A stretch of DNA of 32,000 nucleotides from Acaryochloris thomasi RCC1774 (GTDB taxonomy: Bacteria > Cyanobacteriota > Cyanobacteriia > Thermosynechococcales > Thermosynechococcaceae), in NCBI RefSeq assembly GCF_003231495.1, contig NZ_PQWO01000005.1, forward strand, positions 300,001-332,000. Reading direction: 5' to 3'. Under the pieces are notes generated by a model, which did no database searches, was not told the origin of the DNA, and worked only from the letters and a program-made list of their open reading frames with translations. The translations under genes were made by a program, and so were the position numbers. Of the stretch, positions 1 to 7,749 are shown piece after piece (within the stretch, counting starts at the first letter, position 1; the number at the start of each line of letters is the position of its first letter).

Positions 1-764
1 CCTTTGAGCGTCGCGTGTCTGAGTTGACCAATATGATCGATCGGATTGCTGCGGCAATTCAGGTCGCTACTAAAAAAGAAGTGTTGGTTATTATTGATGA
101 TCTTGACAAGCTTGATTTGTCTGTTGTTGAAGCTATCTATCGGGATAATATCAACGCTCTTTTCTCGCCGAATATTCGCATAGTGTTCACCATTCCTATC
201 TCTGTGGTCAGAGAGCCAAGGCTGTTGGCAACTTTGCAATCTTTTTGTCAGATTGTTCTGTTATCGGTCACAAAGTTTTATCCTCAAGACCAAGCGCATC
301 TACCCAACGGTAAAGCCATTGCCGAGAATGTTGAGATCTTGCAAAAAATCTTGGCAAAACGCATCCCTCAGGATTTGATTGACCCCAATGTGATGCAGCA
401 ATTGGTGCTGTTGAGTGGTGGCGTGTTGCGAGAACTGATCCGCTTAGGGCAAGAATGCTGCCGTGAATGCATGCTGGAGCTAGAGCTGGAGCCAGATCAG
501 CCTGATTTGGTGATCAATACGGACATTCTAGATTCAGCCGTCAAAACGTTGCGGAATCAGTTCGCTCGCAGTTTAGGGAGCGAACTCTATGATCTGTTGG
601 TGAAGATTTACGCAGGCTTTACGCCACCCGATGCTCGGAGTCCAGAATTTCTAGAATTGCTGCATGGGCTCTATGTTTTGGAATATGAGAATGATGATTT
701 ATGGTATGACCTGCATCCATTTGTGACTGATTTATTACAACGCAAGAAGTTGTTGACGCCATAG
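1..764 (+). CDS. AAA+ ATPase, C-terminal portion (5' end lies outside the window); ORC/Cdc6- or ATPase_2-like
   Basis: Frame 3 is open from the window edge (FERRVSELTNMIDR...), so the gene begins upstream. It has a Walker-B-like motif (VLVIIDDLDKLD), a sensor-1-like strand (RIVFTIP), and a helical lid with GGVLRELIRL that resembles the sensor-2 arginine segment of Cdc6/ORC-type AAA+ proteins. The Walker A motif is not visible and is presumably upstream. Confidence 0.6.
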   Translation, partial: FERRVSELTNMIDRIAAAIQVATKKEVLVIIDDLDKLDLSVVEAIYRDNINALFSPNIRIVFTIPISVVREPRLLATLQSFCQIVLLSVTKFYPQDQAHLPNGKAIAENVEILQKILAKRIPQDLIDPNVMQQLVLLSGGVLRELIRLGQECCRECMLELELEPDQPDLVINTDILDSAVKTLRNQFARSLGSELYDLLVKIYAGFTPPDARSPEFLELLHGLYVLEYENDDLWYDLHPFVTDLLQRKKLLTP

Positions 765-772
765 GTGCTGTC

Positions 773-2749
773 ATGGTGATGCAAACAGAATTAAGTTCTC
801 TCAATCAGCGCGAACTGACCAAGCTAGTGCTTTCGATTCGGGCCAGTGTGCAGAAGCTCGATTTGTTTTTAGCGATTTGTGATCATCGCGATCTTCGAGA
901 AACGCTTATCCACGAATATGAAACGACTCTTTCTGATCAGGGGATTACCCCCTATCGAACGGGACTTAATCCCAAGGCCCCTAGCCTCAAAGTAGCCTTA
1001 GAGACGTTAGTCAGCTGTAACCCGGCCCTTAAATCAGAGGTCTCTGCCGTAGTGACCGTTCTGGGGGCGTCGCAGTTGTTTGAGGTCCGCTTAGCTGAGG
1101 ATAAGTCTGAACAGGAAAAGTTTTTTTTCTCGCTGCAGTGGACTCGGGAATCCCTACGGCAATTCGATTTCCCGGTGGTGATTTGGTTGTCTGATGCTGT
1201 CGCTACGGGTTTAGCCAAGCAGGCACCCGATTTCTGGAGCTGGCGCAGTGGGGTTTTTGAGTTTGAAGCTAATAAGAGTGAAATTGACCAAACTTTCTAC
1301 CCTGTGCCATCAGGCCATCATGTCTCCAGTGAACAGAATCTAGACAACCAGGCAGCTCGTAAAATCGAAGACTTAAAGCAACAAATTGCTGAGCTACGTC
1401 ACCAAAATCAGCAATCTCCCCTTTTGACAACGCTCTATCGCAACCTAGGAGATGCCTATCATCAGCAGGCAGCCTATGCGTTAGCCCTTGATGCTTACGA
1501 ACAGGTACTCAAACAGGCAAGGATTCATAAGCAGCGCTCAACAGAAGCTGAGACTTTTTTCAAACTGGGAGGCATACTCCTCGATTGCCGACGCTATCAA
1601 TCAGTGCGGACTTATTACCAACAAGCCCTCGAGATCGCTATTGAAACCAATAATCGTAATCTACAAGCTATCACCTTCCATCAGCTAGGCATAGTTGCCC
1701 AACAGCTACGAGAATATGAGCAAGCTCGTGCCTATTACCAACAAGCTCTCAATATCGAGATCGAAACCAATAATCGTAATGGACAAGCGATCACCAACCA
1801 CCAGTTAGGTATAGTGGCCCAACAGTTGCGGGAATATGAGCGAGCTTGTGCCTATTACCAACAAGCTCTCAATATTGAGATCGAAACTAATAATCGCAAT
1901 GTACAAGCAAGCACCTACCATCAGCTAGGCATGGTGGCCGAAGAGCTACGAGAACATGAGAAAGCCCGTGCTTATTACCAACAAGCCCTCAAGATCGCCA
2001 TTGAAACTAGTAATCGCAATGGTCAAGCAAGCACCTACCACCAGTTAGGACGGGTGGCCGAAGAGCTACGAGAATATGAGCGAGCTTGTGCCTATTACCA
2101 ACAATCTCTCGATATTGAAATCGAAACTAATGATCGCAATGGACAAGCAAGCACCTATCACCAGCTAGGCATGGTGGCCCAACAGCTACGGGAATATGAG
2201 CAAGCCCGTGCCTATTACCAACAAGCTCTTGAGATCGCTATTGAAACCAATAATCGCAATGGTCAAGCAAGCACCTACCACCAGTTAGGACGGGTGGCCG
2301 AAGAGCTACGAAAATATGAGCAAGCCCGTGCCTATTACCAACAAGCCCTTGAGATCGATATTGAAACCAACAATCGCAATGGACAAGCAAGCACCTATCA
2401 CCAGTTAGGACGGGTGGCTGAAGAGCTACGAAAATATGAGCAAGCCCGTGCTTATTACCAACAAGCACTCGATACCAAGATTGAAACCAATAATCGTAAT
2501 GGACAGGCGAGTACTTATTTTCAGATGGGTAAAATTGCTGAGACCTTAGCTGACATCGCAGCTGCACAAGCTTTATATCTTCAAGACTTACGAATTACAA
2601 TGGAGCTTAATGACCCAGATAGCTTAGAGATTTCCTCTAGAAATCTGAAGCGCTTTTGCCAGGAGTATCCCGATGATGACTTTCTTGCAAAAGTGTCTCA
2701 GCTCTTGAACAAACATCCTGAGCAGCTCAAAGAAATCATCGATGCTTAA
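773..2749 (+). CDS. TPR-like repeat protein with a conserved N-terminal P-loop-less domain and a coiled-coil linker
   Basis: The ORF is 658 aa and its ATG lies 8 nt after the upstream stop. The N-terminal ~170 aa have alternating hydrophobic strands (LDLFLAICD, AVVTVLGA, FPVVIWLSD) and the motif APDFWSWRSGVFEF. A coiled-coil segment (KIEDLKQQIAELRHQNQQ) follows, then about 9-10 helical repeats of the form YYQQAL.I.IETNNRNGQASTYHQLG.VAEELREYE.ARA. Confidence 0.85.
   Translation: MVMQTELSSLNQRELTKLVLSIRASVQKLDLFLAICDHRDLRETLIHEYETTLSDQGITPYRTGLNPKAPSLKVALETLVSCNPALKSEVSAVVTVLGASQLFEVRLAEDKSEQEKFFFSLQWTRESLRQFDFPVVIWLSDAVATGLAKQAPDFWSWRSGVFEFEANKSEIDQTFYPVPSGHHVSSEQNLDNQAARKIEDLKQQIAELRHQNQQSPLLTTLYRNLGDAYHQQAAYALALDAYEQVLKQARIHKQRSTEAETFFKLGGILLDCRRYQSVRTYYQQALEIAIETNNRNLQAITFHQLGIVAQQLREYEQARAYYQQALNIEIETNNRNGQAITNHQLGIVAQQLREYERACAYYQQALNIEIETNNRNVQASTYHQLGMVAEELREHEKARAYYQQALKIAIETSNRNGQASTYHQLGRVAEELREYERACAYYQQSLDIEIETNDRNGQASTYHQLGMVAQQLREYEQARAYYQQALEIAIETNNRNGQASTYHQLGRVAEELRKYEQARAYYQQALEIDIETNNRNGQASTYHQLGRVAEELRKYEQARAYYQQALDTKIETNNRNGQASTYFQMGKIAETLADIAAAQALYLQDLRITMELNDPDSLEISSRNLKRFCQEYPDDDFLAKVSQLLNKHPEQLKEIIDA
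1613..2572 (+). repeat. Eight tandem in-frame 120-bp units (40-aa TPR-like repeats) inside CDS 773..2749
   Basis: The unit boundary 'tattaccaacaag' recurs at 1613, 1733, 1853, 1973, 2093, 2213, 2333 and 2453. Manual alignment of 2213-2332 against 2333-2452 gives 7 mismatches in 120 nt. Confidence 0.95.
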
Positions 2750-2791
2750 CCCACTCAGATACGAGGTGATTGCTATCAGCAGAGATCCGTT

Positions 2792-3454
2792 CTACAGCAC
2801 CTCAATCATCTGATCTTGGGTGTAGCGCACCTTCGCATAATCAGCATAGGGGTCAGCCGGGTCACGATAGCCCATCGCGCAGACAACCCCCGCCGCATAG
2901 CCCTTTTCGGTTAGACCCAGCACCTGATCATACTGGTCAGGAACAAACCCCTCCATCGGGCAGGCATCAATCCCCAGATGGGCCGCACTTGTCATTAACT
3001 GCCCCAAGGCAATGTAGACCTGCCGCAGTGCCCAAGCACTGAGATCTTCCGGTGACATGCGGTTAAGAAAGTCCTTAATCACCTTGGCATACGGCGCTAG
3101 ATCTTCTACAGACGTTTGGCGTACCTCTGCTGTGCGGGCAATGAACTGATCCACATAAGCTTCATCAACACCTGTCTTCAGCGCCAGTACCACAAGATGA
3201 GAAGCATCTACCACCTGCGCTTGCCCCCAGGAATGCTCGACGAGTTGCTTACGGATCTCTGGCGTGTTGATGACGAAAAACTTCCAGGGCTGCAGTCCAA
3301 AGGAAGAAGGCGACAGAATCAAGCTTTGCTCTAGAACATGCCAGTCGGCTGAGGCGATTTTGCGGGTTGGGTCAAACTTTTTAACGGCATAGCGCCACTG
3401 TAGATGAGCAAGAAGTTGCTCAGTTGAGATGAATTGGGGCTGATTCTCAGACAA
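2792..3454 (-). CDS. NAD(P)H nitroreductase family protein
   Basis: The protein shows the nitroreductase-fold signature WRYAVKKFDP...SSFGLQPWKF...HLGIDACPMEGF. The ORF track extends to a TTG at 3535, but there is no in-frame ATG. A TTG at 3454 is preceded by GGAG at 7-nt spacing and gives a typical ~220-aa length. The start is uncertain (3454 or 3535). Confidence 0.8.
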   Translation of the reverse strand: MSENQPQFISTEQLLAHLQWRYAVKKFDPTRKIASADWHVLEQSLILSPSSFGLQPWKFFVINTPEIRKQLVEHSWGQAQVVDASHLVVLALKTGVDEAYVDQFIARTAEVRQTSVEDLAPYAKVIKDFLNRMSPEDLSAWALRQVYIALGQLMTSAAHLGIDACPMEGFVPDQYDQVLGLTEKGYAAGVVCAMGYRDPADPYADYAKVRYTQDQMIEVL

Positions 3455-3765
3455 TGGGGGACTCCAAAACCAAAGATAGGGACTGGTGCTGATTATATTC
3501 GAGTGGCATGGTTCCTGCCGTATTCTGGATGTCAAAGCCTAGAGAAAAAGCAGTGCCCGAAGTCGTCACAATCTCCACAGCCGTTTTAAGTTCTCTTCGG
3601 CCCTCAACTCAAGCTTTAGACTGTCTGTCTGGGAGCGGTGTTGAGACAACTCAGCATGAAGCGGCATCGAAAACAACCTCTGACCAGAGTGATTTAGGTG
3701 AATTTACTCAGGCGATAGCCACGGCAAGGGGCTAGGGTGGGGTTGCTGGGTATGAGTGAACTGAG

Positions 3766-5142
3766 ATGTTAGCAAGCGAAGCCCCCTCCTTGCCTCGATT
3801 TAATACGCAGGGATTTGAGCTGTGGTATCAGCCGATCTACGACATCAACAGCGGGGCTGTTCTCTACAACGAAGTTCTGCTCAGGTGGCGGAATACTGCT
3901 GGGAAGCTCTATCGGCCCCATGATTTTATGGCTCTGTTTGCCCACGATCAGCGCCCTGGCTGGCTCGATCGCGTGGTGATTCAGAAGGCGATTCAAACGC
4001 TCGTGGCCCATCCCCAACTCAGCCTCTCGATTAATCTTTCTGATCAGGTGTGTCAAGACAGTGCGTTTGTGGAGCACCTCTACGCGCAGCTTACTCATTT
4101 TCAGGTGCATCCGGGGCAGCTTCACTTTGAGCTGTCAGAGCAAAGCATTGCCCAAAATCTTGCCAATGCGATCGCACTGATCCGAGACTTAAAAACAATT
4201 GGCTGTGCTGTCATTCTGGATGGTTTTTCCAATGAGTACCTGACTTTTTTGGAGTGGGAAAAGCTTAACGTTAGCTCGATCAAGGTTGATGGGCACTTAA
4301 TTGAAGCCGCTGATGAATGTTGGCAGCAGTCCCAGCTGACGCAAACTATTATTGAGACCAGTGATCTCTTTGAGCAATCTGCCGGGGCGAAATCCATTGA
4401 TGCCCGTCGCTGCAGTGCGATGCATCAGTTAAGCTTTGATTCAGCTCAGGGGTATCATTTCAAGCCCCCCAGCTGTCAGCCCTGGCAGACGGGAAAGATC
4501 GATGTTTGGGGTGTCCCGATGGATCATCTCTCGCAGCAAGAACTCTTTGAGCAGCTCACGGCTGGGGTGGTGTGCGTGCCCAGCCGTGAGCAGATTATAA
4601 ACCTGCGGAAAGACCCTGCCTTTGCCCAGTCTTATAGCGTGGCGGACTATCGGGTTTGCGATGGTCTCCGACCGGCCTTTGGCCATCGCAATTCTCTCCC
4701 CTTCGCTAACCAGCTCCTTGGGCCGTCGAGCGCATCCGAGCTGTCCCATGTTTTCCCTGCTTTTTGTACCTACCATCAGACAAATCCAGAGATCACCCTG
4801 TTTTTGTTAGGGGCAGATGCCAAGGACAGCATCAATCAGAAAATGGGCCGTCAGATGGTGCGCGATACCTATATCCCCTCGGTCGACTTTGAGCAGAATG
4901 AGCAAGAATGCCTTGAAATTGTGGACCGCATCAACCGGTCGGGGGCAACGGTGCTAGCAATGGCGGTGGGTTCTCCCCGGCAAGAGCAGTGGATCCAGCA
5001 ATACCGTGACCGGCTGGCGGTTAAGATTATTTTTGCCCTAGAGTCACCGGCTGCGTTTGAGGCGGCAGCTCACTCTCCAGCTAAGCGATGGCAGGATCAC
5101 CTCTCTTGCTTAGGGCCACTGCTGCAGCAAACTCTGCGCTAA
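3766..5142 (+). CDS. Fusion protein: degenerate EAL (c-di-GMP phosphodiesterase-like) domain plus WecG/TagA/CpsF-family glycosyltransferase domain
   Basis: The N-terminal half carries EAL motifs: QPIYD...YNEVLLRW, SINLS, FELSE, IKVDG, QGYHFKPP. The C-terminal half matches WecG/TagA: WGVPMD..., RVCDGLRP, LFLLGA..., INRSGATVLAMAVGSPRQEQWI. Confidence 0.8.
   Translation: MLASEAPSLPRFNTQGFELWYQPIYDINSGAVLYNEVLLRWRNTAGKLYRPHDFMALFAHDQRPGWLDRVVIQKAIQTLVAHPQLSLSINLSDQVCQDSAFVEHLYAQLTHFQVHPGQLHFELSEQSIAQNLANAIALIRDLKTIGCAVILDGFSNEYLTFLEWEKLNVSSIKVDGHLIEAADECWQQSQLTQTIIETSDLFEQSAGAKSIDARRCSAMHQLSFDSAQGYHFKPPSCQPWQTGKIDVWGVPMDHLSQQELFEQLTAGVVCVPSREQIINLRKDPAFAQSYSVADYRVCDGLRPAFGHRNSLPFANQLLGPSSASELSHVFPAFCTYHQTNPEITLFLLGADAKDSINQKMGRQMVRDTYIPSVDFEQNEQECLEIVDRINRSGATVLAMAVGSPRQEQWIQQYRDRLAVKIIFALESPAAFEAAAHSPAKRWQDHLSCLGPLLQQTLR
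4168..4175. repeat. HIP1 highly iterated palindrome GCGATCGC (representative copy; 18 copies seen in the window)
   Basis: Copies found by eye start at 4168, 5881, 6490, 10086, 10507, 13675, 16028, 16220, 16967, 17406, 18913, 19352, 23619, 26219, 26780, 29144, 29912 and 31448. This density of HIP1 is a hallmark of many cyanobacterial genomes. Confidence 0.9.
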
Positions 5143-5187
5143 GGCATTCGCTGATCCTGGCTCAGGGTAAGATGTGCCTGAAGCCCT

Positions 5188-6699
5188 ATGCTGCGCCCAG
5201 GATCGTTAAACAACATGACTGCTGTACTTTTTTTAGCTTCCCTAGCGCTTTTGGGGTGGGGGTATTATCGCGCCAGACCCTTAGGAGAGATGGGGCTATT
5301 GACGTGGTTCCAGTCCGTGGCCTTGGTGGGGCCCTGGCTGATTTTCTTTGGCTTACTCAGCCTTGGCTTGCCGATGAGTATTGTGGCTGTTCTGGGGCTG
5401 ACTGTCCTCTCGTTGGGTCTGTATATCTGGCTGGGGAAAAAGGTGCGGCGGCTGGCTGACGAAGAACAGACGCGTTCCCCCCTTCCTCTCAAGACAGAAG
5501 GTGATTCTGGGACGAGCAAGGCTGACCAAAGTGATGACCAAGTGCGGGCGCGCAAACCGATCATCACGATTGAGCCAGAGCAGCCCCCACCGGTTCCAGC
5601 AGAAGATCTACAGGCAATGCAGGGAATCTTCGGCGTAGATACGTTTTTCTCGACGGAGACCATTCCCTACCAGGACGGCGTTATTTTTCAGGGCAATCTT
5701 CGGGGTGAGACTGATGCGGTCTATGCAGAACTGACCCAAAAGCTCGCCGATGTTTTGGGAGAGCAGTACTATCTCTTTCTGGTCGCTAATCCTGACGGTA
5801 AACCGGTGGTGATCGTGCTGCCTAGCCGCAACAAGCCGCAGGTGGCCAACACCATTCAAAAGTTTTTTGCGGTGTTACTTGCGATCGCAACCTTCGGCAC
5901 TTGCTTAGTCACGGGTTCACTCTTGATGTCGTTCAATCCCATTGAGCATCCCGAGCGTTTATCAGAAGCGCTACCCATCGGCCTCGGAATCTTCAGCGTT
6001 CTGGTGGTGCATGAAGTGGGGCACCAAGTGTTAGCCCGCCGCCACAACGTAAAACTAAGCTGGCCGTTCTTTTTCCCGGCCCTGCAGCTTGGCTCCTTTG
6101 GTGCATTCAATCGCTTTGAATCCCTCGTCCCTAACCGGACGGCTCTCTTCGATGTTGCCATCGCTGGCCCTGCTGCCGGGGGCATTTTTTCCCTACTCTT
6201 ATTAATGTTTGGCTTCACGCTCTCTGGTGAAAGCAGCCCGCTGGCGGTGCCGTCTCCCTTCTTTCGCGGCTCTATCCTTGTGGGCACACTGGCTCGCCTG
6301 GGCCTGGGCGATACGCTGCAGGCTGAGACTGTTTTCGTGCATCCGCTGGTGATTGTGGGCTGGATTGGATTGATTATTACGGCCCTCAATTTGATGCCTG
6401 CCGGTCGTCTTGATGGTGGACGAATTACCCAGGCCATTTATGGCCGCCGCGTCACCGGGAGAGCCACTGCCGTGACCCTAATTGTGCTTGCGATCGCATC
6501 CCTGATCAATCCGCTATCGCTGTACTGGGCCATTGTTGTTTTGTTCCTGCAGCGCGATCTAGAGCGCCCCAGCCTCAATGAGTTGTCAGAACCAGACGAC
6601 ACTCGAGCCGTTCTTGGCCTTGTTGCCCTGTTCTTAATGGCCGCAGTTCTGATCCCCTTCAGCTCCAGCGTCGCGGGTCGCCTGGGTGTGGGTGGCTAA
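5188..6699 (+). CDS. M50 family (site-2 protease / EGY-like) membrane zinc metalloprotease
   Basis: The protein has the HExxH motif in a TM helix (VVHEVGHQVLARRH), the NxxPxxxLDGG motif (NLMPAGRLDGGR), and multiple hydrophobic segments. An alternative ATG lies at 5215. Confidence 0.85.
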   Translation: MLRPGSLNNMTAVLFLASLALLGWGYYRARPLGEMGLLTWFQSVALVGPWLIFFGLLSLGLPMSIVAVLGLTVLSLGLYIWLGKKVRRLADEEQTRSPLPLKTEGDSGTSKADQSDDQVRARKPIITIEPEQPPPVPAEDLQAMQGIFGVDTFFSTETIPYQDGVIFQGNLRGETDAVYAELTQKLADVLGEQYYLFLVANPDGKPVVIVLPSRNKPQVANTIQKFFAVLLAIATFGTCLVTGSLLMSFNPIEHPERLSEALPIGLGIFSVLVVHEVGHQVLARRHNVKLSWPFFFPALQLGSFGAFNRFESLVPNRTALFDVAIAGPAAGGIFSLLLLMFGFTLSGESSPLAVPSPFFRGSILVGTLARLGLGDTLQAETVFVHPLVIVGWIGLIITALNLMPAGRLDGGRITQAIYGRRVTGRATAVTLIVLAIASLINPLSLYWAIVVLFLQRDLERPSLNELSEPDDTRAVLGLVALFLMAAVLIPFSSSVAGRLGVGG

Positions 6700-6801
6700 A
6701 TCAATGAAAGTTTCCTGTGCCCCTAGGGCAATGCTGAAGATTTTGTTAAACTGGCTACAACAAAAGCTAATAAAAAAGCCCCTTAATCATAGGTTGCCGC
6801 T

Positions 6802-7497
6802 ATGTCTCAAAAATCCACCGTTGTTTCTCCTTCTATTTTATCTGCTGACTTCAGTCGCTTGGGCGAAGAAGTTCGCGCGGTTGATCAAGCTGGTGCAGAC
6901 TGGATCCATGTTGACGTCATGGACGGTCGCTTCGTCCAAAACATCACCATTGGTCCCTTAATTGTTGAAGCGCTGCGGCCCGTCACTAAAAAGCCGTTAG
7001 ACGTTCACCTGATGATTGTGGAGCCTGAGCGCTATGTCGACGACTTCGCTAAGGCCGGAGCCGATATTATCTCCGTCCATGCTGAAAGTAGCTCTACCAC
7101 TCACCTGCACGGTACGCTGGGCCAAATCAAAAACTTGGGCAAAATGGCGGGCGTTGTTCTCAACCCTGGCACATCACTCGACTCCATTGAGTACGTGCTT
7201 GACCTCTGTGATCTGGTTCTGATCATGAGCGTTAACCCTGGATTTGGCGGTCAGAGCTTCATCCCCGAAGTGCTTCCTAAAATTCGTAAGCTGCGTCAAA
7301 TGTGTGACGAAAAGGGACTCGATCCCTGGATTGAAGTGGATGGTGGTCTGAAGCCTAACAATACTTGGCAGGTGCTAGAAGCGGGGGCCAACGCCATTGT
7401 TGCCGGATCTGCTGTGTTCAAGGCAGACGACTACGCTAGCACCATTGAGTCGATCCGTAACAGCAAGCAGCCAGCACCGGAGCTTGCCGCAGTCTAG
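6802..7497 (+). CDS. rpe: Ribulose-phosphate 3-epimerase
   Basis: The sequence matches Rpe along its full length: [16 protein letters not shown]...[19 protein letters not shown]...HLMIV...[11 protein letters not shown]...EVDGG...AGSAVF. Confidence 0.95.
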   Translation: MSQKSTVVSPSILSADFSRLGEEVRAVDQAGADWIHVDVMDGRFVQNITIGPLIVEALRPVTKKPLDVHLMIVEPERYVDDFAKAGADIISVHAESSSTTHLHGTLGQIKNLGKMAGVVLNPGTSLDSIEYVLDLCDLVLIMSVNPGFGGQSFIPEVLPKIRKLRQMCDEKGLDPWIEVDGGLKPNNTWQVLEAGANAIVAGSAVFKADDYASTIESIRNSKQPAPELAAV

Positions 7498-7595
7498 CGG
7501 GACGCATTGATTAGAACATCTCAAGGGCCAAACTCTATTGATGGCTTTGAAAGGCTGTTCTAACTCAGCCGGTTGCTGCCGTACAGTATTTCTAA

Positions 7596-7626
7596 AGGAA
7601 TGGGGATAGCCCCATTCCTTTTTTGT
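7596..7626 (+). terminator. Rho-independent terminator downstream of rpe (possibly weakly bidirectional)
   Basis: A perfect 10-bp stem (aggaatgggg 7596-7605 / ccccattcct 7610-7619) encloses the 4-nt loop atag and is followed by tttttgtttta. Confidence 0.6.
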
Positions 7627-7749
7627 TTTATCGTTCCTGAAACAAATGAGACCCAACTGACCCTCATACAAAGACTATCTTGCGCGGGCCAATTGGGTCT
7701 TAAACGTGTCGCGGTGGACTCAACCCCCTATTTACCTTGAGCAGAGCAT

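Noticed and set aside
1613-2572. The strictly periodic 120-bp repeats could superficially look like a CRISPR or satellite array.
   Set aside because: There are no unique spacers. The whole array is one continuous open frame encoding helical TPR-like units inside a 658-aa ORF.
3508-3735. A 75-aa ORF lies between the nitroreductase and the EAL-WecG gene.
   Set aside because: It has low-complexity S/T/A-rich sequence, no motif and no convincing ribosome-binding site. It is most likely the divergent promoter region.
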